A stretch of DNA of 64,000 nucleotides from Dimorphilus gyrociliatus (GCA_904063045.1 CAJFCJ010000019.1:186001-250000); one strand, 5' to 3'; counted from the stretch's first letter, positions 48,963 through 62,500 are shown. A program made the numbers and translations. Notes: a model not told the origin generated them from the letters alone.

Positions 48963-51900
48963 ATGACAGAAGTGAATGATAAGTTTGTCGCCGATTGTCG
49001 ACAAAACCTAAAGAATGAATATTGTTTGAACGATTTAGTTGCAAGGATAAACGTTACTCTTTGGAATGGAATTCGCGAAACAAGTATACGAAAATCAATA
49101 TTACAGGTTATACACTACATTAAAAGTTACACGAATTTCTTATATCAATCTCAATTATAGATCTTATCAGAAGTCTATACAAAACACGGTAATAAAATAG
49201 TGTCCTTTGGAGAAATGCTCACAAAGTCAACAGGAACTATAGAAGAATTGCAATATTGTAATCATTTCTTTTTAAAAGATGTTCTGTAACTATAATAAAG
49301 TGTAACCTTTCAGGGTCGAATCTAATAAGCTGTTACAAGCCTCTTAAAACATGGATAAAGGAAAACTTTAAAATGTTCTTGGCTTACTTGTGCAATAGAT
49401 TGGAAAAAGATTATGATAGTCTTATCTTCAATCGAAACCAAAAATTGGTAAAATCATTAGAACTGGAAGTTAAAGTAATAAAAAATAGATTACATTTAAC
49501 ATTATGTTTAAAGTACTAAAGATATCAATTAATTATATAGATATATATGCAAGTGATGCAAGCTCTTAAAGATTTCCCGCAACTTTTACAACAGCATAGA
49601 AATTTTATATTTTCTTTAAGGAGGAATTTAATAAATATTGTTACATGCGATGTAAGGTTTACTTAAAATAAACGCTAATATTCCAATTTATATAAAATGT
49701 TCTTTTTTTTAGATCTGTAAAAGAGATTGTCGCCTTTTGGCGGCAAATGCTTTATTGATGCATATGCAATCTGAAGGTTTGGATGACGAAGAATTTTTGA
49801 AATTTTTCAAATCTCTTTATGATTCTTTTGGTTTTTATTACGAACCTGGTATACATATACAGACATTTATATACGTATTATATATCTTAACAAGTTGCTA
49901 TATTTACAGAAAAGGAAGTTAGAAATAATACTTTTTCTCATGTTGCACTACTTTATGGATTTTTATCTTTAAAATGTGAAAGATATCTTGAATATACAAT
50001 TGATGATATAGTTTTCAGTCAATTCCTTCTAAATAATATACTAGATTTATCAGCTTATGGTGATTTCAAGTATAATGTTTTCAAAATTTGGAAAATACTC
50101 TTTACAAAAATTCAACCGAATTCTTTATCGAAGAAGTCTTTGGATAGTATTTGTAAAGTTCTCAGAGGTAATTTTGATTGTCCAATTGACGGCGTCAGAC
50201 AATTTTCTTTTGATATATTAAATGTAAGTAAAGACTAAATGAACAAATTAATTCTTTTCTTGAATAGTTCAATTGACTATTTTTTTTAATTAAATCTAGA
50301 TTTTATTAAAGAAATTTGATGAAGATAAAGATTTAGCAGAGAATTTCTATAAATTTTCTACAACTCTTGCATGGAACGGAAGATTAAAATATAAATTATT
50401 TTGTATTGTTTTGCAATATATTGAAGTATTTAATTAAAAGAGGAATAACCTTTATTTTAAATCAAATGATGTTTTTTAGAATAATGAAATATTACCGGAA
50501 ATTTTGATTAACAGTTTGGAAGGTTTTACAACGGATTATTTAGCTCCAGCAGCTGGTGACCTATGCAATTTTATATCAAGTAAACTAACGTTTGTAGATT
50601 TATTATCTTTTTAATATAGTCTATTATAAATAAAATATACTATGAATTTTCTTTAATAGATATATAAATGTTCAAGTTGTTATCGAAGCTGTTAAAAAAG
50701 CAATTTGTAACGAAAATAAGTATGTATAATTTCTTTAATCCTTATTATTTAATATAATCTACTTTATTTATCTTTATTAGGTTAACAGCTTCCAGAGCAG
50801 CTAGACTATGGATTCCAAATCTACTTCGTCAACATTCTAATATAAGTAATAAATTGGATGAAAAATTGAAAGATGTTTCAAATGAATACGAATTATTCGG
50901 ATATCTATGCTTTTTGAATACTTGTAGAAGTTTGAATATCATTTCTGATATTTCTAAGGTATATTTCTATTATTCATTTAAATCTTTTTCCATTTTTATC
51001 TTTTTTAAAATAAACAGTTTTCAAATATACTGGAGAAAGTTGTTATTCACGTAGATGAACAAATAAGAATGGAAGCATTGTCATTCGTTACTATTAGTTA
51101 CAAGAAATCAGGTAAAACTATCCAAGTTTTTTTTAAAAAATAATTTAATAAATCCTTATCTTGAATTTTTCTAGAAATTCCTTTAAATATTGAATATGAA
51201 TTGGCAATGAAAGGTATATTATGTAGTTTAAGTGTTGATGATGCAACATTTAGGAAAAATCTGACAAGATGTGTCGAAAATTTCCTATTAAGAATTTGTT
51301 ATAGTTCTACATCAATTATAAAAGCAGATACTTTAGAAAACAAGCAAATATATCAAGCTATTGGTAAATGAATCTTTTCTATTAAAATCAACTTGAAAAG
51401 AATTTTTCTAATTTTTTTTTTTCTTTTTAAATATAGATTTTCTCGATAAATTATGGATCGAATTAATTGAACAGCTGGAACCTTCAAGCAACTTTCAAAG
51501 GCATAAAATTTGTCTTGATTTAATAAAATTATACCTTGATATTATCTTCAAAGGTCCGAGAAAACAGCGCGATGGTAATATTAAACTCAGGGAATGTTTA
51601 AATTTAAGATCTAATCCTTAAATCTTGTTTAACTTAGTGAATGGTTTTCCTCTTTTATTGGAATTTGCAAATTCAAAGGGTAGGATGTTAACAATTGAGA
51701 AATCTAGTTATCGTATTCTTATTTGCCTCCTACATACAACAGATGAAGTAAAAAACTTACATAGAGCTATTTAAGTTTTTATTTTTCATGATATTTTTCT
51801 TCTATTAGATTAGAGAAACGGCATATGACATTTTATCGGATGATAATTATCCAATAAAACTTGAAAATGTCGATGATTTATTAGAAGATTCATTATATTG

Positions 51901-54900
51901 GTTATATAGCTTTAAAGCTCATGAAGCAGATACTGGATCTCTATTATTCTCCTTACTTATTGAAAAATATTATGCTGAAGCTAACAAACAATTACCTATT
52001 AGAATTTTTGGCGACAGTGAAAATGTTTATGTTGTCGCTTTGAACTTCCTAACCAAACAGCTTAAAATCCGATTAAATTCCGTTAGATTGAACACTTTGG
52101 AAGGAGCTCAAAAATCACCTGTACATGGTAAATTTATCAGTAAATGTTTAATTATACACTTATAGCTTTTGTTATCACTTTAGGTATTTTAAAAGCTATT
52201 AGTTTATTGATATCTGTTAACAAATCATTCTGGCTGCCATTCTGGAAAGATATCTTAGATATTGTTATCAGTCTTATTGATACAGCTTTATATAACTTAG
52301 GTGGAAAAGTTTCTTCTCAAGATGGTAAAATGACTGTTACATAATTTATTACCATTGATTTTACTGTAGTAGTAATAAATAACTCTTCATAATAGAAATA
52401 ACACCTTCTTTTGAGCAAATGGGTATTTCTATAATGAATGAATTAGACGACGATGAAGAATCGGCTTGTAATTTGCCAGTGGAATATCAATTGATATTAT
52501 CCTGGTGTTGGCTTTGTATTAAAGTATTTAATTTAAATAACAATTTTCATTCCTAAAGACAATAGTATCCCTCCTATAGGAATCGTCTTATTTATTGGGA
52601 GTTGCTCAAAAGAATATGAAGTTACCGATGAATGAGGTGAAAGTCATGTCAAATGCTTTTTTATTAATAATGAAGAGATGTAGACATAGAGTAAGTTCAA
52701 TGAATTTAAAAAAAGAAATGCTAAAGGATTGAATACGATTAATGTTATCTTTTTGTTTTTTATTTAAAAAGGGAGCAATAGAAAGTTGTAATCTGGGTTT
52801 TAAATTATTTTGCGAAGGATTATTGAAACAGGATGAAATTGAATATAATAATATACCCCATCATCTTCTTAAGGATGTAATGAATACTGTTAGTTTTTAT
52901 AAATTTCTGAAATATTTGTTTTCAAATTATTAACTCTTTATATATATTTTTAGATACGAAATGGCAGTAATACATCAGTTACTAGACGTTCAGCCGGATT
53001 TCCTTATATTGTTCAAACTGTTTTGTCAACTTATTCGAGAACTTCTTTACAGCCAAATCTATTAGATGATACAGTTAAAGAATTGGTTGATATTATTTCA
53101 TCTCCCTTACCTCAAGTTGATATAAAAGTGGATCTACCACATTTTCACGCATTGAATATTTTACATGCTATTCTCAAGAATTCAACCTTAAGCAGTAGCA
53201 TTACAAATTACTTGGATATCGTTGGAATATGCGTTTTAAAAGGGTTTAACTCGGATATTTGGAATATTCGCAATGGTTGCACCCAATTATTTAGCTCTTT
53301 ATTAAAGAGGATATTTGGTCAAAAGAAAGAAGAAGGTGTTCTACTTACTAGTTTATCTATTTTAGAATTTGAGAGAGAATATCGCCGACTTTTTTCGTAC
53401 ATAACTGCAATCTTTCTATCTGCTAAGCCTGTTGATATGAAAGAACTGGAATGGAATATTATTCCATGTTTAACTATCTTATCAAGTTTAGCTACTATTC
53501 AAACAGAGCAAGATGAATTACCGCAAATAATAAGTCTTAGACAAAACGTCCAGAAGATGCTGGAATGTCCAATATACGTCGTACGACATCTAGCGGCTAA
53601 GTCGCTAATTAATTTGTTAAGAAAAAGTGATTATGAACGAACAAGAAATGAAACTTTGAAAAAGCTAGAAAAAACATCAAATACAAATAGACTACATGGG
53701 AATTTATTAGTAATAGACAACTTAATAGCGTTAAATGAAATGTAATATCTTTAATATCGTTTTTAAATTCTATGAATATCGAATATCTCAGTTTTTTTCT
53801 AATTCTATTTTCAGAGAGACGTCACTTCATACGCAAGAGTTATTAATTGAAAAAAAATTCCTATTACGTCACCCATGTAAACTAATAGCTAGTTTGTACC
53901 TTCGAATTGTTGATAAATTATTAAAAGGACAAGACTTTATTGAAAATATCTTGAATACCATTAAATCAATCGATATTAATTCAAATTTGGCTGTATGTTC
54001 TTGAATCTCTTTTGAAAAGATTTACAAGAGGATTGCTTTTATCTGTTTCTTTAATTTTCAGATCGGAAATGATCGTTATCAAATAGATCGTTTGAATTTT
54101 ACAGCAAAAAATGGGTTTTTAAATAATTCAGATATGAGGACATATTTAGGTTAAAATATTCAGATATTAATATTTTAGTATTGTTGTTGTAGAAGTCACA
54201 TTAATTAAGGTTTTCTATTGTATAGATTCATATGATGAGGACGTTGTCAAATGGGCTTTATTATACTTATTAAAAATGGACTACTTATTTGAATTTGATG
54301 TTAGTAATGTTCTATTATTCATATTAAAACTTTTAAACTAAAATTTTAAATATTAAGTTACATAGGATAGGTTGTATAACTCTCTATACACCATTTTTTT
54401 GTAATTTCTATACTCTTTTACATATTAATTCATCAATTAACAACTCTTTATTAATCATATTGATGCTTTCCTATAGGAAATCGTTTGGAAAAAATTTCAA
54501 TCTAACGTTTCATTATCGACCAAGACTGTTTGTTTAGACGTCCTATATCAAATGGCTAGACGAGCTAAGAATCATATTGATTGTTTAAATCGGGCTAAAT
54601 TTTTATTATTCAATCAACTTGAAAGATCATTAAATTCAACTTTAACTGCAAGAACTATTGAATTATCCTCATTATATATTAAATATTTTGATGATGAATT
54701 AGAAGATGAAAGATTTAGGTATCTTTTAAATTAATTAAAATTAGCGAGCAATTTTAATTATTTTATTAAATTTTCCTTATTTTTAGAAACATTTTAGAAA
54801 TTTTTAGTAAAATTGTATATGATTCCTGCATTGGAGATAGGCCTCACCAACTCCAATATTCAATTATTAACGCATTGGAAAGTTGTTTTATTAAAGTTCA

Positions 54901-56728
54901 AAAGAAAGCTTCAAACAAAGCTATTTTTCGGTTTGTATGTGTAGTAGAAAAAAATCGTTTCCAATTCTATATATAAGCTATAACTTTTATTCCTGTTCTC
55001 GGAAATAGATTTGTCGAGGTCATTAACGAACTACTCTTTTCGCAAACATCGGAAATAAGAACAAAATGTTGTTATTTAATAATAGATATCGTTTCAGAGG
55101 TTTGTAACATTTCCATAGTATACCAGTCTAGCAATTTTGCCAAATGTTGTATTCAAATTTCTTATGGATTTTGGTGTAAATTTTTGTTTTTGAATTCTAC
55201 TCCATAAATGTATGGCATAGTTATTGCTCCAGTCGAATTTTGATGAATTATAAATCAAATGCTTCATAGGTCCGGATGGATAATTTAAGCTTTTTTCCTC
55301 AACGTGTACCAAATGAGGATATTTTATAAATAGTCGATAAGTTTCTTGACTACTATGTTCATCCCATTCAGTCCACTTGAAAGTTGAATATGTTTTATGC
55401 CATATTTGAAGAAATTTGGCATTTGGTCTTGAAAGTATAATACCATTATTTAATCTACCAGGATTTCCCCGGTATTCAAGTCCCATTGTAAAATCGTAGT
55501 ATAAAAGTTCTGTAAAAGGCTTCAACGCTAAAACATCCAAATCAAGATAAATTCCTCCACTTTCTTTAAGTATCTCAATTCTAGCAATATCTGATTGATG
55601 TTCTACATAATTTATTGGCGGACCTCCTTGAAATACGCTAAGAGGCGCTTTACGTTTAACTAATATCATACCTTTTACCATACGCTCAGCCTCTTCCCAA
55701 TATCTACCTGATGGTTTCTCATCATGATGAAAATATATTCTCTCTGGTTTAGCTAAATTATAAGCAGCCAGCAATGATAATAAGTTTTGAAATTGAAATA
55801 TGTTAGCCTTATTTGCGAACCATATAAAATGAATATTATGTGGCACAACTGTCACTGCGTTTTTCTCTAAGGATTTTCTCACTTTCTCCTCTTGTATATA
55901 AAAAAACCATATAAAAAAAGGAAATGCTAGTAGTATTATTGTTATTAATAATAATTTTTTCCTGCTCATATCGGTGGTTTTATCGTGATCAATGTGAAAA
56001 TAGCTTTATACTATATCAGCAGACATTTTTCAGGTTACTGGAGATAAAGTTGATTACCTTATTCCTTGTAGTTCTGTGGCATTTGAGGTATATAATATTA
56101 ATTTTTAGCTCTATTCAAATATTATCACCGATGAATCATTCTCTTATCTTTCGTTTATCAGGTATGGATCACCTTTTTAGAAACCCATCTATCGGAATAT
56201 TTTATGCTCTCCTTCCAAGCCGCTATTAACGCCATCTTGTGCAAGGATTGGAAAGTTATGTTGAATAGTTTCAAGTAAGCATAGATTACTTTAGATTTAT
56301 TCTTAGTAATTGTTCTTTATATAGCTCTAGAGTGTTATACGAAGAAGAAGACATAAACATTTACCGAGAAAATGTAAGAATTCTACGCAAGAAGAGTCAA
56401 AAAATAAAAGTTTGTTGATTATTTTGCATAAAGAAACATCTTATTAATTATATAAAACATTAACTTTCATAATTAATAGGCGTTTGGTTTGGATAAAGAG
56501 CAATCACCAAAATGTGAAAAAGCCTTGACAGATGTTGAAAAATTAATTGACAATATTAATAACTACTTAACAAAGATGGAGTCAACAAAGTACTTGGGTA
56601 TATTTTGGAAAGCTGAATGCTATAAACACTGTTTAACCATAAATATTATAGGAGAAGTGTTATGTAATTTATCTCCAGAATTAGTAACAAACGTTAAAAT
56701 GCTGATAGGAAAACCGATGGATTTCTAA
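48963..56728 (+). CDS. THADA: THADA (thyroid adenoma-associated; Trm732 homologue, DUF2428), many exons; final exons 55009-55099, 56034-56087, 56162-56274, 56325-56373, 56480-56728
   Basis: EQIRMEAL, QLILSWCWLCIK, RCRHRGAIE, VTRRSAGFP, HALNILHAIL, WNIRNGCTQLFSSLLKRIFG. The C-terminal LYEEEDINIYREN resembles THADA LFEKAEVNFWAE, and splice phases across the nested gene are consistent. Confidence 0.85.
55094..55969 (-). CDS. Intronless DXD glycosyltransferase, GT32 family (alpha-1,4-GlcNAc/Gal transferase-like), nested antisense in a THADA intron
   Basis: Type-II signal anchor (LLLITIILLAFPFFIWFFY), VPHNIHFIWF, SDIARIEILKESGGIYLDLDV (DXD), LNNGIIL, YAIHLW. Confidence 0.9.
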   Translation of the reverse strand: MSRKKLLLITIILLAFPFFIWFFYIQEEKVRKSLEKNAVTVVPHNIHFIWFANKANIFQFQNLLSLLAAYNLAKPERIYFHHDEKPSGRYWEEAERMVKGMILVKRKAPLSVFQGGPPINYVEHQSDIARIEILKESGGIYLDLDVLALKPFTELLYYDFTMGLEYRGNPGRLNNGIILSRPNAKFLQIWHKTYSTFKWTEWDEHSSQETYRLFIKYPHLVHVEEKSLNYPSGPMKHLIYNSSKFDWSNNYAIHLWSRIQKQKFTPKSIRNLNTTFGKIARLVYYGNVTNL

Positions 56729-57528
56729 ATAAATTAATAATCAATAAAACATTTCAGCACCTCCCCCTATACGTCAATTACTTTTCCCGTTCTGGAACTA
56801 AAAAGATCGATTAATTCAATATTCCCTTCTAAACGAAACCTTTAAAAGTGTAACAAAGCGAAACGTAAAAGCCATTAAAAAAATACATATAAAACAATGA
56901 TTTTCCTACCCTTAGGCTTTAGGTCTTATCTATATCAGATAAATTTGAATTCTATTGAAATAAGCCCCCTTCTGAAGAGTTGATTCATTGTGCCTTTTTA
57001 TGATATTTTAGCCTATTTATTGATCTTTTTTCAGTTGTTGTTCTTCTACTATTCGGCGGCGAAACAATAATTAGTCGAAATTTTGAAGTATTTCAGAAAC
57101 GGATGTTCATTTCTATGAAATCGAAAGGCAATGGTTCAATAGAGTGAACAAATTCGTCGGCTAGCGGCGTAATGATTGTATTGAACCACAATGAAATTGC
57201 AGGAATACTAATCAATGCTTAAAATAAACAGTTGCCATATAGTTTTCTTTTTTTGCAATTTCCCTTTTCTTTTTTTGGCTATGAGGTAATGCAGAAAATG
57301 AGCTTTTTTTTGTATATAAAACAATATACAGATAATAGGAATCATATATAAAGCAAAAAGCTCAATATACGTTCGTAAACCGCTAAATATACTGTATATA
57401 AATGTATATACATATAGAGATAATACAGTAAATACTGTATATATACCGTATAATATAGTAGTATTTTAAATATACAGTATACAGTATACTTTTAATATAA
57501 ATAGCTTAATTTGGAAAATAATCGTACA

Positions 57529-58560
57529 TCACACTAGCGGTTGAGCACCGGTGGCTTTAGGCGTCGTTGTGGAATCCGCCACTTGGACTGGTGGTAGCTT
57601 CAATACAGTTATATGTCGAGGAGCTTGTGCAGCTCTAACCCTACGAGGATTACCTCGCGGAGCTGCCTGTTGATTGATGTTTTCTGATCGGTCGCCTGTC
57701 TCACCGGTAGTCGGATTGTGCAAATTCAAGGATATGATGTGTCGATGACGTTGTTGGGGATGTACTTCATCCTTACTAGACGTTTGGTACATTGGCTTCG
57801 CTCTCTGTCGTCGTTCGGATTGTAAACGTACAACAGTTTCGCTATTTTGTTCTTCGGTCGAATCCACAACTTTTGAAGGCACATAGTTCTGCAAGCGTTC
57901 AGAGCCGGTTGTCACTGCTGTCGTAAAAACACCTTTTATGTAGGAAGCGTAACCAACACGATTTTTTGATTTGGCTGTCGGAGAGGATTGTTGTTGCGAC
58001 TGCTGTAGCGACTGCTGAGATTGCTGAGATTGCTGAGGTTGCTGCTGTTGCTGTTGTTGTTGAGATGGAGGTTGTTCGTCAGTATTTGAAATTTGAGGAA
58101 CAGTTGACAGCTGCTTATCATTCCACGATATCCTTCTACTCCGACCGCTTGGAGCCGGTTGAAGAGTGGAAGTAATTTTACGTCCATTTTTATTAGTCGT
58201 AACTCGTTTACAAATAATATCCTCTGTAGACTGCCTAGTTTCGCTTGCAGTTCTCGGTCGGACGTCTTTTATCGGAAGTGTTTTCTTTCGATTCAAAGCA
58301 GGCGTTCTGGAAGTCCTCTGAAGTTCTTTACAAGCGGATTGAGGTCTGACCTTGTGTAGCGCTAAGGTCTGTGCGTATAAATTTTCTGTTTCTCCATCAG
58401 AATTACTGCTAACTTCTTCTGTATCGTCTTTTAATCGAAATTCCTCAAAACGTTTATTTAATTCCTGCTGATCGCTTAAAAACTTAGCTATTTGTTCCTT
58501 TTTTGATCTTTCAAAATTGTCATCTAGCTGTCTAAGTAGAAATTCCGTCGTATCCGTCAT
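57529..58560 (-). CDS. Uncharacterised 343-aa low-complexity protein with poly-Gln tract
   Basis: Single long ORF with raised GC, short N-terminal coiled coil, RPQSA/RPRTAS motifs and a poly-Q/S tract. No domain recognised. Confidence 0.7.
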   Translation of the reverse strand: MTDTTEFLLRQLDDNFERSKKEQIAKFLSDQQELNKRFEEFRLKDDTEEVSSNSDGETENLYAQTLALHKVRPQSACKELQRTSRTPALNRKKTLPIKDVRPRTASETRQSTEDIICKRVTTNKNGRKITSTLQPAPSGRSRRISWNDKQLSTVPQISNTDEQPPSQQQQQQQQPQQSQQSQQSLQQSQQQSSPTAKSKNRVGYASYIKGVFTTAVTTGSERLQNYVPSKVVDSTEEQNSETVVRLQSERRQRAKPMYQTSSKDEVHPQQRHRHIISLNLHNPTTGETGDRSENINQQAAPRGNPRRVRAAQAPRHITVLKLPPVQVADSTTTPKATGAQPLV

Positions 58561-59174
58561 GATTGAATTTTTTAATCGCGTTCAAGAACGCGTGTCGGAC
58601 GGTGCGAATTATGATCGAGCGCATTGATCGAGTTGCCACCGACAACTGCAAAACAATTCAGTCTACTTCATACTAATTTCATTATATTCTCTAACTACAT
58701 TCGTTCTTTTTCGATTCAATTATGTACGTCTTAGTACAAAATTTAATATTTCATCTCTTTCATTATGAAGTATTATGAATAATACGAATGATATATTTTT
58801 ATCATTAAAATTATCTATTATGTATATATTCTATCTACTCCTTAGTAGGCCTATGTAATTACTGTCATATATTACGTATGAATATTGTTTATATATAATT
58901 AGTCTGGAATGGAATAGTTAAAAATATAGCATGTTATTCTTTATTCATCGAATATTTTTGTTCGAAAATATTTGCCAATTATCTTTATATAGTAAGAAAG
59001 AAAAGAAGAAAGATAGAGAGAAGAGAAATACAGTATATCTGAATACAGACTATAAAAGTCTTCCATTCTTATGATATATTCATTAGTATTTAATTTATCT
59101 ATTTCTTCTTTTTTTTATCTTTATCGTCTTAATAATTATTTTTAGAACAGAGATATTTATATTGCTTTTTTTTT

Positions 59175-59175
<1 letters not shown>

Positions 59176-59204
<29 letters not shown>
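59176..59204. repeat. (CT)n microsatellite
   Basis: ctctctctctctctctctctctct run. Confidence 0.8.
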
Positions 59205-59205
<1 letters not shown>

Positions 59206-59572
59206 CTGCCTATTTTATCTACTCGGTTTTTCTTCACTCTATCCTTTCAGTTCTCTTTGACTCTCGAAGATTGGAAAATTATGTGTCTTTGCATGTACAT
59301 ATTTACAGAGCTGATTGCCGGTCAAGTAATACAACGTTATGTTTGTTCAAGAGGCGAAAATATCGATTTAGTATAACAACTGATTTATTTTAGCGTAAAT
59401 CACCTATGGTGAAGGAATCTTATAAATTTAATACTTTTTTTCAAGTACTTTCAGGATTAAGAAATGCACGGATTATAAAAAGTATATTCAATATGTAATA
59501 AAACAATTTCGAAAGCAATGTGTAGGATACTAGATGGCGCTAATAGCCATATTCTATAAATCCACTATTCGT

Positions 59573-62500
59573 TTATTCTATTTCTCTTTTACTGGAAATC
59601 ATTCCCGCGTTGAACACACAGAATCTTTTAGTTTTGCAAACGGACGTCTTAGTGTTGCAGACTTCTTCCTGCTGACATTTTTCACCACGATTGCACAATG
59701 AATTCTGTTTAAATAGAAAAAATAATATTATTCATTTTGTTCTATAAGATTAAATTCATTATTAAGAATATTTACCGGGCAATCTCGAACTTTTGGCCTG
59801 GCACAATCACAGATTTTGCAACCATTAGTATCAACTGCAAAACCCCAAGTGTCGCATCTTAAGTTGCCACAGGAACTTTCAACGCAATTATTTCTTGAGA
59901 CAGATTCGACAGCTGAATTTCCCATACATAGACACTTCATACATCCAAATTCATCTTTTACCATTTTGGTATTTGAGCAGGTGCTGTCGCATTTCGGAAG
60001 AGCACAGTTTATGGGAGGAGGATTACATTTGCATATGTCGCAGCCAGTCTCTTCATCCTTAGCCCAACCGTGGTTACAAAACATATCACATAAAACAGGT
60101 TTGCAGACACACTTTCCGTCTTTACATTCAGTATATCTACCACATCTCACTGTGTCACATTTAGGAGCAGGAGCACATTCACATTTGTCGCATCCAGTTC
60201 TCTCATCCTTAGCCCAACCATGTTCACAGTACCTTCTGCACATAACAGGTTTGCAGACACATTTTCCGTCTTTACATTCCGTATATTTACCACATCTCAC
60301 TGTGTCACATTTAGGAGCAGGAGCACATTCACATTTTTCGCATCCAGTTCTCTCATCCTTAGCCCAACCATGTTCACAGTACCTTCTGCACATAACAGGT
60401 TTGCAGACACATTTACCGTCTTTACATTCTGTATATTTGTCACACTTCACTGTCTGACATTTAGGAGAGGGAGCACATGCACATTTGTCACATCCAGTTC
60501 TCTCATCCTTAGCCCAGCCATGTTCACAGTATAATTTGCACAAAACAGGTTTGCAGACACATTTTCCGTCTTTACATTCCGTATATCTATCACATTTCAC
60601 TGTCTGACATTTAGGAGAGGGAGCACATGCACATTTGTCACATCCAGTTCTCTCATCCTTAGCCCAGCCATGTTCACAGTATAATTTGCACAAAACAGGT
60701 TTGCAGACACATTTTCCGTCTTTACATTCCGTATATCTACCACATTTCACTGTCTGACATTTAGGAGAGGGAGCACATTCACATATGTCACATCCGTTTT
60801 TATCTCTAACCAAACCGTGTGGGCAAGCCATTCGACAGGCAAGTGGCTTACATTTTGGAGCTTCAAGACATTTGCAAATTTTACAACCATTTTTATCCAA
60901 TTCATAGCCATATTGACAAAACATTCTGCAAGGAGGATGCCGAGCGCACATGCATTTTCCATTATCGCAAATTTGATTTGGCAAGCAATCAATTAGTGAG
61001 CATGGATCCTTGGCAATGCATTCAGCAACTGGCTCTCCGTTGCATTTTGTACTTTCCGACTTACATTTTGGGTAAGAGATTCTGCATTCTTGATCTTTAC
61101 GACAATTGGCTTTCTTGCACAGTGGATTAACTGTTAAAGAGTTGAAAAATGTCTATTATTGTGTTAAACTTGACAAACAGTTATTCACTTACCGACACAA
61201 ACAGGTACTGGATGGCACGGTTCCTTTACGCATTCTACTTTCTGCATTTCGCATATTTGTCCAACTGGACACAAGATATTAGCACATGTGAAAGTGTTAA
61301 CCTTTTTGCACACTGGAACTGGATGACAATAATAGACGCAAGGCTTTTCATTGCAGAAAGCTGGTGGAGGGGCGCATGGTGTGGGTATCATTTCACATTG
61401 TGTTCCAGGAACAGGACAAGAAAAGTTATCACATGTTGGCTGTGGTGGTGGTGGCTTGCATGTGCATGTTTGACATCCATTCTCGTCTACTTTCATCCCA
61501 TTTTTGCATATAATTTCATCGCAATCAACAATAGGACAATCGTTTGGTTTACATTCACATGTTTTGCAGCCTCTTTCGTCCAAGACATTAATTTCCTTTT
61601 CACTACAAGGTGGACATCTGTAGACAGGGCAGCGTTCACAAATTGGAGTAGATGGAGGGCAATTTGGACCAAGACATGTTACAGACATTTCACAGAATGT
61701 GTCTTTCGGGCAATTTAGGAAATCACATGTTTTAGGTTCAGGTCCATTACAAGTGCAAGTTGTGCATCCGTTTTCATCTGTGGCATATCCTGTAGAGCAT
61801 CTGGTGACACAGTCTACTTGTGGGCATATTGGTTTGCATTGACATGTTTTGCATCCGTGTTCATTAATTACATTTACTTCGCCACGTTTGCATGGAACAC
61901 ATTTAATCATTGGACAACTCCTACACATTGGTCTTGACGGAGGACATCCTATAGCCATGCATGTAATAGACATTTCGCAATATTCGTTATCACGGCATTT
62001 TATATCTTTACAAGTTTTTGGCTCCTCACATTCACACGTATTACAACCATTTTTGTCTTTCTTGTAACCATTTGGGCAGAAAACAGCGCACCTTATCACT
62101 GGACAGGTGACCTTACATTGACAAGTTTTACAGCCTCTTTCATCCCGGATATATTCCTGGCCAATAGGACAAGCCATGCATCTGAAAACTGGACAATTTT
62201 CGCATTTCACTTGCGAATTGGATTCTACGCAAAATTTATCTCTTGGGCATGTGGCATCTTCACAGGAGTCAGCACACTTGCAAATTTCACATCCAGATTT
62301 GCTATCTCTCTTCCATCCAAATTCACAGTACATTTTACAGCGGACAGGTTCGCAAATAGCCCTATTGACACATTTTCCAATTTCATGACAAATACCTCCA
62401 TTATCGCAAACTTTGCTTAATATACAATCTTGGTTATTTTTACAGTTTGCTTCTTTACATGCGCGGTGCAAAATACATCTAGCTTCACCATTCTCTTCTA

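Noticed and set aside
55100-55210. THADA ending by read-through into the glycosyltransferase region
   Set aside because: A GTTTGT donor and in-phase downstream exons with a THADA C-terminal motif make splicing over the nested gene more likely.
55924-56229. 101-aa plus-strand hydrophobic ORF
   Set aside because: Composite of intron sequence and out-of-frame THADA exons.
57380-57495. Palindromic TACTGTATA/TATACAGTA low-complexity cluster
   Set aside because: Looks like degenerate TA-microsatellite-derived sequence; no terminal inverted repeats or target-site duplication to call a MITE.
60030-60780. Direct repeats considered as CRISPR or satellite
   Set aside because: No spacers; the 150-bp period is in frame within a eukaryotic coding exon.
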